This document shows, piece after piece, positions 53,312-62,084 of a DNA stretch of 64,000 nt; the first letter of the stretch is position 1, and the number at the start of each line of letters is the position of its first letter. Made by a program: the position numbers and the translations under genes. The notes under the pieces were generated by a model. It was given only the letters and a program-made list of their open reading frames with translations, searched no databases and was not told where the DNA came from. This DNA comes from a virus: the IMG/VR virus record IMGVR_UViG_3300017605_000342, positions 32,001-96,000 of that record; one strand, 5' to 3'.

Positions 53312-55756
53312 TTAGTCAAATTGTAGAGGATAACCATGTCCATTATTTTTAATCTGATTATCACTAATAATGAAGTCTTTCAAACCATCAATCAAAATAC
53401 CGCTAGCTCCGTTACTGCAAACAACATTGTCTTGTATTGTGACACCCTCAGTAAGCGCTCCTTGTTGAGCCGCTCCCAAAATTCTAATACCATCAGAACC
53501 ATTACGACAGAATATGTTATCCGTGATTGTTAGACGTGCATCCAACCCCGCCGCTAAATCATAGATGTCTTGGTCAAAGGCCATGTCTTTTTCAACGAAC
53601 TCCATGCCATAGTCTGTGAACCAAACAGCGTTACCCATACCAGGTGTAACTAAATCGTCGAGGTTGCCGCACAAACCATCATCAGTTGGTAAAGTACCAA
53701 CAACAGTTCCGGGGATAGACGTTCCGTAGTTATTCGGTTCTGGAGAGGCACCAGTAATCTCCAAAAAGAATCTAGTAACAGCGACGTTTGTATCTGGAGG
53801 AAGTGCACCACAAGCTGCAAAGGCTCTTATTTCGGATGCTGTAAGAGCACGAGCAATCACTGCAACTCTTGCAATCTTACCGTTAAAGGCATGCTGTGGA
53901 GTCAAGCCGTACATGTTTATCCCGATACCACACGCAACTGAGCCGTTAGGTGCTATAGCATGACCACCACTTCTAGTACCAACCAGTTGCACGCTGCCTG
54001 GAGTAAACCCAGCATAAAAATCAGCAATAACAGGAGCACCAGAAAAAGTAATATTAATACAAACAAACAACGGCGTACCAGCCACCAAAAAGTTTGACGG
54101 TGCACCACCAGCAGTTGTAAGTGGAACCTTCAGAGAATAGTCTGTCCAGTTACCTGCCACTAGTGGCTCTGTTGACCAAAATAATTCTAGTTCATTTGAA
54201 GCAGTTATTCGCATAGAATAACCAGAGTCATATCTATTTCCAAGAATCGTCCCTAATACTCCTATACTGGCAGGTTCAATCCACGCGCACTGACAAGAAG
54301 GGTTATTGAATAGTCCCTGCCCAGTTAGTTTAATGTAGTTAGATACAGACCCATCCCACACCCTAGATAACCCAACATCCGCCGGCTCATCCGCTTCAGC
54401 ACCAGTTGCCCCAGTTAGGTCTGAAATATTGTTACCGTCAATAGTAACTTCAGTACTTGCCCAACATGCCGCACCTCTAAAGACACTGCAATTTTTACTG
54501 TAACAGCCAGTAACGTGCACACCGCGACACACATCCAAGTTAATCAAAGCTGTGTCTCTGTCGTTGCTGACGGCGTATTTCAGCGCGGTGTCAAATTTAA
54601 CGTTATCAAAGTTAACATAAGATGAAAAACCTATTTGAAACTTTTCACCAATTCCATGAGCAATTGTTAAATCTTTAACTGTAAGTTTACTTACTTTATA
54701 TGCCCGCAATGCCCACAAAGACTTGGCTTGCTTCGCCGCATCTTCTGTCTCGTCCTCTGTAAATTCTCCGTTAGTGTCATAGATACCTTCTAGGTCGATA
54801 GTACCTGTACCGTCAATGACAATATCATGATCACCAGAATCTATGTCTCCAACAAAAGAGTTTCGTGCTTCCAAAACAGTTATCTGTCCGTTAGGATAGT
54901 TCTGGATTGACGCAAATAATACCCGCAAAGTGCCGTTAACTCTAAAATGTACGCCACTGTCTATCCACAAACAAACCCCAACTGGTCCGTAATATGTTCC
55001 ATCACACAGATCGTCTTCAACAGGTGCAATATTGGCTATCACGCTACTTGGAACAAGAACGCGGGTTCTTCCCGATCCTGCTAAAACGTTTGCTCTCGCT
55101 TGATCCAGTGCTTGTTGGATTTTGGCGGTTTCATCACCAACTCCAGTAACTCCTAAATCTCGTACCACATCAATCCAGTCATCTGTAAAAGGAACAACAT
55201 CTGGGTCACTTTCACTAGGAAAAACAGACTGTGCAATAAACGTAGAAAATTCTCCGAGCGTGTTATAAAACAATGCGCCCAAAGGAATAGGCTCTATTAC
55301 AATAACCGCTTGTGGCACAACAATGGGTGGCGGCGTCGGTGTCGGTGGTATATCCGGTGGTGCAGGAGTGCTGTTTAACACCGTAACAGTTATAGTACTT
55401 GTTGTAAATGTATTACCAGCAAAGTCTGTAACTACCGCAGAAATTGTATGGGGGCCGTTAGTAGTTGTTGCTGTATTCCACGGCAACGAAAAGCTCGATG
55501 AAATCGAAGTTATAGGCCCACCAAGAGGAGCTGAATCTAGATAAAGTTGCACATTGGCCACTCCAACATCGTCGGTGGCAGTACACGTTACTGTAACACT
55601 GCCAGCTAGAGTAGCTCCGTTACTTGGTGCACTGATGGACCCAGTAGGCGCAGTAGTATCAGGAGTGCCACCGCCACCATACTCGTAGGCACCGATATCC
55701 CACGTTGACCCCTGAGGTCTTACAACTCCATCAAAATCTGTAGTAAATAAAGGCAT
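53312..55756 (-). CDS. tailspike/adhesin: anchor-Q half motif + Ig-like (Big_7) + pectin-lyase-like beta-helix with LamG-like insert
   Basis: DFDGVVRPQG..WDIGAYEY; DTTAPT..I.AP.NGAT..G; DETAKIQQALD; FNGKIARVAVI.RALT..EI; I.DN....NG..GI rungs. Confidence 0.75.
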   Translation of the reverse strand: MPLFTTDFDGVVRPQGSTWDIGAYEYGGGGTPDTTAPTGSISAPSNGATLAGSVTVTCTATDDVGVANVQLYLDSAPLGGPITSISSSFSLPWNTATTTNGPHTISAVVTDFAGNTFTTSTITVTVLNSTPAPPDIPPTPTPPPIVVPQAVIVIEPIPLGALFYNTLGEFSTFIAQSVFPSESDPDVVPFTDDWIDVVRDLGVTGVGDETAKIQQALDQARANVLAGSGRTRVLVPSSVIANIAPVEDDLCDGTYYGPVGVCLWIDSGVHFRVNGTLRVLFASIQNYPNGQITVLEARNSFVGDIDSGDHDIVIDGTGTIDLEGIYDTNGEFTEDETEDAAKQAKSLWALRAYKVSKLTVKDLTIAHGIGEKFQIGFSSYVNFDNVKFDTALKYAVSNDRDTALINLDVCRGVHVTGCYSKNCSVFRGAACWASTEVTIDGNNISDLTGATGAEADEPADVGLSRVWDGSVSNYIKLTGQGLFNNPSCQCAWIEPASIGVLGTILGNRYDSGYSMRITASNELELFWSTEPLVAGNWTDYSLKVPLTTAGGAPSNFLVAGTPLFVCINITFSGAPVIADFYAGFTPGSVQLVGTRSGGHAIAPNGSVACGIGINMYGLTPQHAFNGKIARVAVIARALTASEIRAFAACGALPPDTNVAVTRFFLEITGASPEPNNYGTSIPGTVVGTLPTDDGLCGNLDDLVTPGMGNAVWFTDYGMEFVEKDMAFDQDIYDLAAGLDARLTITDNIFCRNGSDGIRILGAAQQGALTEGVTIQDNVVCSNGASGILIDGLKDFIISDNQIKNNGHGYPLQFD

Positions 55757-56149
55757 CTATTACATCACTCTAAATGTACGATCACTAACATCAAACACAT
55801 CTGGATATTCTACACTACTTAGTTTAAGAATACATGTGCTAGATGATGGTCCTACTACCCACCAGTTTGCACTACCTGAGTTAAAAGTGTTAAATAGAAA
55901 CTGATAACTTGAACCATTATTTCTAGATAATTCAATCTTGATTGTAGAACTTTCTGGTAAGTTTGTAGAATTCCAGTAGAAACTTTTCCAACGTCCAGTC
56001 TTCAAACGTTCTCCACCATTTGGAGAAATAATAGAAATCGTAGGAGTTACAGGTTGCGGGTTATCGAAGATAAATTCTAACGCACCGATGTCCCAAGCAA
56101 CTCCCTGCGGCCTTAAAACACCATCGAAGTCTGTATTGAATAAAGGCAT
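55679..56149 (-). repeat. diverged direct repeat: 78-nt 5' ends of two adjacent genes (56072..56149 and 55679..55756)
   Basis: Hand alignment gives 58/78 nt and 20/26 aa identical. Confidence 0.9.
55760..56149 (-). CDS. small protein: anchor-Q half motif + Ig-like domain
   Basis: DFDGVLRPQG..WDIGALEF, then I.IISPNGGE...W...IKIELS..NG...D.SD..F. Confidence 0.7.
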   Translation of the reverse strand: MPLFNTDFDGVLRPQGVAWDIGALEFIFDNPQPVTPTISIISPNGGERLKTGRWKSFYWNSTNLPESSTIKIELSRNNGSSYQFLFNTFNSGSANWWVVGPSSSTCILKLSSVEYPDVFDVSDRTFRVM

Positions 56150-56163
56150 AAGTTTTCCCTCCG

Positions 56164-57162
56164 TTAGTTAATCACAACCCCTTGGTCGATTGCGTTTGTG
56201 CTTGCGGCAGTCAGGTGGAAATCCCCACCAGCAGCGTTTACAAAGTGTGGGTCTGTGGTCAAGTTATTCGATAAAACCGTTCCTGATCCGTTGTTGGTAA
56301 TACCGCCACTTTGGTACACGATGTTGTTCTTTACCCTAGCTCCTGCACTATCTGCGTTCATGACTATTCCAGTAGGATTGTTGTAGATTGTGTTATTATA
56401 TATCATAGCGTTAGTCGGATTGTTCCAAGCTACTTCTATTCCGCGTGAATTGCCGTAGATCAAGTTGTTATAAACTAAAATGCTATCGCCAGAAGTTACG
56501 ACCACAGCAGCCGCATTACCTCCAGTGCCATTGCTATAGATCCTATTGTTCCTTATAATGTTTCCATCCGTCCGCTCACCATAGCCATTGTAAGTCTGTA
56601 CACCACAGCCAAAGTTAGAGTAGATCGTACATCCATCAACGATGTTGTGTTGACTGCCTAAGTAAAAGCCGTGATCTTGTGGGGTATTGCTTATAGTATT
56701 GTGCCCATTATGGTGTACGATGCAGTCGATAAACTCATTATAACCGTCAGCGGCGTGCGTGCAATGAACCCCTTGACGCTGAGCGTTCTTTATCTCACAC
56801 CCAATAACACGGATATGGTTCACACCACTGTTAATGGCAACAACTTCATCAGATGTGTTTTGACCATCCAGACTTAGGTTCTGAAAAATCACATACTTTA
56901 TATAAGAAGCCGTCATGTTCAGCACGCGCATATTGACTGTTTCTCCAGAATAGGCGGAAATCAGTGGTGCGTTGCTCCAAGACGTTCCGGTAGGAATTGT
57001 TTGAGAGTTGGCATCAATGCTCTCGTTATATGTGCCAGAGCGAATATAGAGCGTATCCCCAGCAACCATTACGCTGATGCCTTTGGCTATAGTTTGGAAA
57101 GGTGATCCGATAGTTCCTGGGTTACTATTATTACCTGTTGTTGCTACGTAGTATATTGCCAT
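56164..57162 (-). CDS. right-handed parallel beta-helix protein (DUF1565/NosD-like; possible glycan lyase/depolymerase)
   Basis: YYVATTGN..NPGT..SPF.TI, GDTLYIRSGTY and NN.IY.N rungs; ends DPHFV...GDFHL...AIDQG. Confidence 0.8.
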   Translation of the reverse strand: MAIYYVATTGNNSNPGTIGSPFQTIAKGISVMVAGDTLYIRSGTYNESIDANSQTIPTGTSWSNAPLISAYSGETVNMRVLNMTASYIKYVIFQNLSLDGQNTSDEVVAINSGVNHIRVIGCEIKNAQRQGVHCTHAADGYNEFIDCIVHHNGHNTISNTPQDHGFYLGSQHNIVDGCTIYSNFGCGVQTYNGYGERTDGNIIRNNRIYSNGTGGNAAAVVVTSGDSILVYNNLIYGNSRGIEVAWNNPTNAMIYNNTIYNNPTGIVMNADSAGARVKNNIVYQSGGITNNGSGTVLSNNLTTDPHFVNAAGGDFHLTAASTNAIDQGVVIN

Positions 57163-60100
57163 TATTCAGTTTCTCCTACGTTATCGTAAGTAAAATTTAG
57201 TCCTGGGCCATCCTCACTGGCACCTAGAACAATGTCTGAATGATTATAAAAACTCGTACCTACAAACGGAAGACACACTCTCAAGTTCAAATCTACTGTA
57301 TTGATGTTGTGTACTACCAAATTGTAATTAAGAATTGTTGCGGCTGAGACAGCAGCAGGCACTCTTGGAAGATCTACTACCGTAGCAAGAGGCTGCCAAT
57401 CTCCAGTCAACAAATAGTCTTGACGCGAGTAAAAACCATACGGCTGAATAGACTCTCCGGGGGCCGCGTCATCTTTGATGTTCAAACGAACATACAAACC
57501 GTCGTCTGCTGTAACATCAATAGCCCGTATCCAAATAAAGAAAACCGAAACGCCCTTTTGCATAGGAATTTCTGTTTCAAAATTGATAAACCCGCTGTCG
57601 AATATTGTTGCCCCACCTGGTAAAAAAACAGTGGCCCCTTCATACTGGAATCCATCGTTCGTTGGAGTAATGTTATAAGGTCCTGGGTTATCCACACCGA
57701 TTGGTATATACGGAGAAATAGCTGTGCCCACACCACGACTATCAGTGAAGACATTGGAACTCAACGATAGTAAGTTGTTGAATGTTGCAACTAGACCGTA
57801 TACATCACTACTTAGTAAAATTGTTCCGGCAGTAGTGATAGGTAAGTTAGCCTTAAACACTGGGTGTTTAATAGTACCGCCCTTTGCAACAATGCTAGAC
57901 GGGTTACCAGGAATTTCTGGGAATACAATACGGATTCCAGATGAGAACCTAGAATAATTTCCGGCTGCATCATACGCTCGAACAAAACAAATTGTTTCGC
58001 GGCGGCGGGCAATCTTAAATTCGGAGGCAGTTGTTTGTCCGTTTGTAATCGTGTCATAGACTAGGTAGTTGGTGTTGTTCGCATCTCCCCAACCTTGGTC
58101 TGCATACCTAAGCTCGAAGCCACCACCAACAGGTGGTGCTTGACCGATAGAAATTACGAAGTAGTTTGGGTCATCCTCGTCTACAGTAAGACCAGACACA
58201 AAAGTATCTGACGGTACAGAAGTCCATGCTTTTAGACGTAAGTCAACTAGAACATCTATAGCAGTCGCTGGCAACAACTCAGACGTACCACCATATGTCA
58301 GCGTTAGTGTAATTGAATTAAACAGCAATGACAGTGCATTCGTTGTTTCTATGATTTCAGCAAGATCGGCGGCGGTTGGTAACTCTGCCGTATCCGTTGG
58401 AGCAAATGGATTTGGTGGAACTTTCAGGCTAGCCAAGAATTTCTTAACTTGGTCGATCTTACCAAAAGTAACTGTGTGCTTAACAATGTCTTTTGATTTT
58501 GAATCAATCAAAGACTCTACTGAAGTAATAACTTCAGACTGAGACACAGGCAACCCAGCAGGCAAATTTGCAAACCTCAAAATAGTACCAGGACGAGGCA
58601 CACCCGTAAACTCTACAGTACTAAACTGCTCGTAGGTACCCGCATAGTGCTGGTATGAACCTTCGGCAACCAATGCAGCCGCTGCCATTTCGCACTCCAC
58701 AGATGTTCGTGGTAAAGGACTCAAATCTTTTTTGGTAATAGTACGCAACCCGTTGTCACCCCACACTGCTGCTTCTGATGTTATCAAATCAGCATTCTGG
58801 GCACGTCCTATGGCAATGCCGGCACGACGGTAGCGCAACCGCATGATTTGACCTGGTGTGGGTGTGTTGGCAGATAGCTTTGTACTGTCCTTAAAGAATG
58901 TTAGTGTTGCATCTCCTGCGTTATACAGGGTTGATCCTAGAATATTTCCAGAATCTATACGCCCTTGACGTGATGTAATAATGGTAGCAACAGGCCCCAT
59001 ACCATCGTAAGAATCTATTTCATTAGGTCCAACCTGTTTTGGCGTCCATGTTATAGAAGTAAAATCTTCTTCAATAGGAGCACCAGTACCAATATCAAAT
59101 TTGTTACGTTCAGGATACCACAGATCCTTGTCAACAGTTGACAATGACACTTGCATTGGCACACTGATTGTAATGTTTGATAGTGTTATATGCAAGTTGT
59201 TAGAAACTACAGGAACATACGCGGCAAAAAATTGTCCAGCACCTACTCCCGTGTTTGACCCCGCATGTGTCCAAATAGTTTGATTAGTTGTGGGCCTTCC
59301 GGTAGTTGCATCAATCTCTGTAATGATCGTTCTATATACCGGAATATCGGCAACAGTATTACCACCAAAACTACCCAAGGTTCCAGTGATAGTACGAAAC
59401 AGGTATTCCCTGTCGTGCCTGTTTATATTCTGAAAGGTTACTAGTGTGCGTAAAATGTATCTTTTGTTATCAGCTAACGTGCTGACCGTATAGGTATCCG
59501 ACTGCACTACCCCGTTAATGATTGGATGTAAGTCAGTGCCAACTACCTGAATACCAAACACACACCCCGCCATCGAAGAGCTTGGAGTACTTGTCCACAA
59601 TGACGCAATAATACCAGAACCACTATCTGTCACAAAGTCAAACTCTCCGTGAGTTAGACGTAAATTACCTTGCAAAGGAATCAATGCCTTAGATTGTAGG
59701 TACACTCCGTAAGCATCTGCCGCGTTGCCAATAATGTTTAGATACCCGTTGTCCACTCGGATAACGTTGTTAACGGAATCTACTTCAGTCCAAATGTTAC
59801 TATCAACTGCTGCCCCAGAAAAAATGTCATCTAACAACAAGGCACTGTCAACGCCATACACGGAAGAGGCCATCGGAAATGCATTAGTTAAACCGTCACC
59901 TACCCAAAATTCATTCATCAATCCTTGCGGTTCAACGTCTCCCAGCACAATGGCGTCATTAATAACTGGGTCTGTTATTGGACCGATAGACAAACGCCCC
60001 GGCGTGAAGTGTGGATTATGTTTACCTGCCCAGCCTGTGGCAGTACCTGTACCATTGCCCACAGAGTCTGTTAGCGTGAAATTGGACGCACCCACACTTT

Positions 60101-60860
60101 CAATAAACCAATTGCCAACGGCAGCGCTTTTAGTCCCATCAGCAAGTACGTGGTCAGATATGGAAATACAGTCTCCGTTGGCCCGTCCATGTGGTGTCAT
60201 TGTTGTCACAACAATTGGGGTACCACCAGTACTTGAAGCTATTCGCACACGACTACTCTGATCCGAATGCCCATTAATAATTAGTGTTGCGGGCGTTACG
60301 TCTTGTCGCTCGTAGTACAACTTAAAGTCATTTGTCCAGAAACGATAGTACGCGGCTGCTGCAAAGTCTTTGACAATCTGTCCAAAGGTTGTTGTAGGGT
60401 CAACGAAATAATAAGGTACCAACTGCCCGTCTTCGACAGCAGTAACATCAAACTTTCCCGGTGCAATACGGTTAGCCAAGTCTTTAATAATCGCGCCTTG
60501 TGTTTGGTTGATGTACACAGGCAGAATACCTAATGGAGCAAGATTCAAAATATAGCTATCGTCTGTTCCGGTAAAATGCCATGACCAGGTAGGTTGATCG
60601 GTAGGTGAATATTTCCCCACGTACTCTAACTGCGGCGCGTTTGTAACGAAGCCAGTCCAGTAAGTAGGATCTGAGTCAGTACCTAAAACAAAGTAACTAC
60701 CACGACGCGGTAGGACAAATCCACTACCCCACGCAGCCATATCCAAGTCAATCGTTGTAGGTTCGTTGACTGATTGCTTTATGACAGGTGACCCTGTTAA
60801 ATATTTGATGTAATCAATACCGGCCAACGTGGGGTCGGTAGAAGTTAATGTTAGTACCAT
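57162..60860 (-). CDS. large tail protein (hub/central fibre-like, multi-domain)
   Basis: 1232 aa downstream of the tape measure gene; beta-rich; internal VVTT..PHG..NGD.I.I (FCCH-like) insert; FN3-like VRAYD..GNYS. Confidence 0.7.
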   Translation of the reverse strand: MVLTLTSTDPTLAGIDYIKYLTGSPVIKQSVNEPTTIDLDMAAWGSGFVLPRRGSYFVLGTDSDPTYWTGFVTNAPQLEYVGKYSPTDQPTWSWHFTGTDDSYILNLAPLGILPVYINQTQGAIIKDLANRIAPGKFDVTAVEDGQLVPYYFVDPTTTFGQIVKDFAAAAYYRFWTNDFKLYYERQDVTPATLIINGHSDQSSRVRIASSTGGTPIVVTTMTPHGRANGDCISISDHVLADGTKSAAVGNWFIESVGASNFTLTDSVGNGTGTATGWAGKHNPHFTPGRLSIGPITDPVINDAIVLGDVEPQGLMNEFWVGDGLTNAFPMASSVYGVDSALLLDDIFSGAAVDSNIWTEVDSVNNVIRVDNGYLNIIGNAADAYGVYLQSKALIPLQGNLRLTHGEFDFVTDSGSGIIASLWTSTPSSSMAGCVFGIQVVGTDLHPIINGVVQSDTYTVSTLADNKRYILRTLVTFQNINRHDREYLFRTITGTLGSFGGNTVADIPVYRTIITEIDATTGRPTTNQTIWTHAGSNTGVGAGQFFAAYVPVVSNNLHITLSNITISVPMQVSLSTVDKDLWYPERNKFDIGTGAPIEEDFTSITWTPKQVGPNEIDSYDGMGPVATIITSRQGRIDSGNILGSTLYNAGDATLTFFKDSTKLSANTPTPGQIMRLRYRRAGIAIGRAQNADLITSEAAVWGDNGLRTITKKDLSPLPRTSVECEMAAAALVAEGSYQHYAGTYEQFSTVEFTGVPRPGTILRFANLPAGLPVSQSEVITSVESLIDSKSKDIVKHTVTFGKIDQVKKFLASLKVPPNPFAPTDTAELPTAADLAEIIETTNALSLLFNSITLTLTYGGTSELLPATAIDVLVDLRLKAWTSVPSDTFVSGLTVDEDDPNYFVISIGQAPPVGGGFELRYADQGWGDANNTNYLVYDTITNGQTTASEFKIARRRETICFVRAYDAAGNYSRFSSGIRIVFPEIPGNPSSIVAKGGTIKHPVFKANLPITTAGTILLSSDVYGLVATFNNLLSLSSNVFTDSRGVGTAISPYIPIGVDNPGPYNITPTNDGFQYEGATVFLPGGATIFDSGFINFETEIPMQKGVSVFFIWIRAIDVTADDGLYVRLNIKDDAAPGESIQPYGFYSRQDYLLTGDWQPLATVVDLPRVPAAVSAATILNYNLVVHNINTVDLNLRVCLPFVGTSFYNHSDIVLGASEDGPGLNFTYDNVGETE

Positions 60861-61675
60861 TACTTATACGTATATCTTGTAGGTAAATTAAAGACTCTAG
60901 GTTTAAAATTTAAACCATACTTATTCTGCCACTCCCACACTGCACTGACGTGGCGATAAACTTTGTAAAATTCATCGATCTCTCCACGAGAGATGTAGTG
61001 TGTTGCAAACCCTTCAATGCCCTTGCGGTTTTGTGATCCAGTGTGCAAGACTAGCGCACCAACCAAGTCCTTGTACAATCCCATTTCTTCCAGCATTTTT
61101 ACATACGCCGACATCTGCAAAAACGCCGTGTCAGATACGGACTTACCAGACTTAATGTCTACAACGTACAAACCTTCAGGTAAGCTTAGTGGTTTACTGC
61201 CGTTGACTTCGTAAGTACCACTCTTAATACTCACCACTCCGTCAGTAGTACCAGCTTCTCGGTACTTCAGGGAATAAACCATACGCTCGGATTCTAGAAT
61301 AGTAGGTTTTACAACCTTCACAAACTGCACCAGTCTCCAGAATGCTAGCGCCTCGTCTTGGTCTTCTATGAAATATCTAGGCTTGGTGTCTACGACATTT
61401 GGTTCGTTATCATACTGCCCGTCTAGGTTAACAAAGACCTCGCCACCTTTGACGTATGTTTCAAACGCTTTGTGTATACTTGACCCCTTTTGCTGAGACT
61501 CTTTCAGGCGTTTGTCAGCCAACTCGTTACCAATATCACCGCGCCATTTGGCAAGATACGGTGCACCAACAGCGGATAATTTGGTTGTAACTGAGGGTAA
61601 GTAAACCTGACCTTCGCTATCTAAATCAATACGGTAGTAATGCTCGTTATACCATGAAACTTGTTTTACAGTCAA
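60860..61675 (-). CDS. PD-(D/E)XK exonuclease (phage Cas4/RecB-like)
   Basis: LPSVTT, L.KWR, GS.IH, E, AGTTDG, VDIKSG and QMSAY. Confidence 0.85.
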   Translation of the reverse strand: MTVKQVSWYNEHYYRIDLDSEGQVYLPSVTTKLSAVGAPYLAKWRGDIGNELADKRLKESQQKGSSIHKAFETYVKGGEVFVNLDGQYDNEPNVVDTKPRYFIEDQDEALAFWRLVQFVKVVKPTILESERMVYSLKYREAGTTDGVVSIKSGTYEVNGSKPLSLPEGLYVVDIKSGKSVSDTAFLQMSAYVKMLEEMGLYKDLVGALVLHTGSQNRKGIEGFATHYISRGEIDEFYKVYRHVSAVWEWQNKYGLNFKPRVFNLPTRYTYK

Positions 61676-61682
61676 TGGGCCT

Positions 61683-62042
61683 CTATTCCAGCAATTCTAG
61701 CTGTTTCAATAAAGCTTCTGCTTTTTCTTTCCCTATTACTTCCAACAACTTACGTCGCTTTGTATCATTGCCTTTTGTCTTAAATAGCAGCAACAGCAAC
61801 ATGTCAAAGATAGTCTCTGATAAGCGGACGTTTTGGAACGAATTGCAATCCAACGTGAGGGTGAATCCTAACAGATCCTCGATACGGTCTGTCAGGAATT
61901 CACTATAATTGAGATCGCAGTTTTTGAAGGTAAGTCCACGTAGGTTCTTGAATTTACAGTTAACCAACAGAGCATTGTCAAAGTCTCTATTTACAGCAGT
62001 TAGATCTTCATCAATATGTTGTTCAGTGAACACACGTAACAT
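61683..62042 (-). CDS. short pentapeptide-repeat-like protein
   Basis: DFDNALLVNCKF.NLRGLTFKNCDLNYSEF periodicity. Confidence 0.45.
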   Translation of the reverse strand: MLRVFTEQHIDEDLTAVNRDFDNALLVNCKFKNLRGLTFKNCDLNYSEFLTDRIEDLLGFTLTLDCNSFQNVRLSETIFDMLLLLLFKTKGNDTKRRKLLEVIGKEKAEALLKQLELLE

Positions 62043-62048
62043 TGTGAA

Positions 62049-62077
62049 AGCTTACCACATTTGCGGGTCTATGTCAA
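62049..62077 (-). promoter_or_regulatory. sigma70-type promoter, likely giving a leaderless transcript
   Basis: Minus strand TTGACA-17 nt-TAAGCT with TG extended -10; the ATG of 61683..62042 begins 6 nt after the -10 box. Confidence 0.75.
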
Positions 62078-62084
62078 GCATTAC

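Noticed and set aside
55679-56149. The duplicated gene starts as a DNA-inversion or recombination shufflon
   Set aside because: The repeats are direct and only about 74% identical, with many synonymous differences, and no invertase is present. Protein-level conservation explains them better.
56150-56175. TAACTAAC at the split junction resembling a spliceosomal branch point
   Set aside because: Prokaryotic phage context; the sequence is simply the last codons, the stop, and a clear SD (GGAGG).
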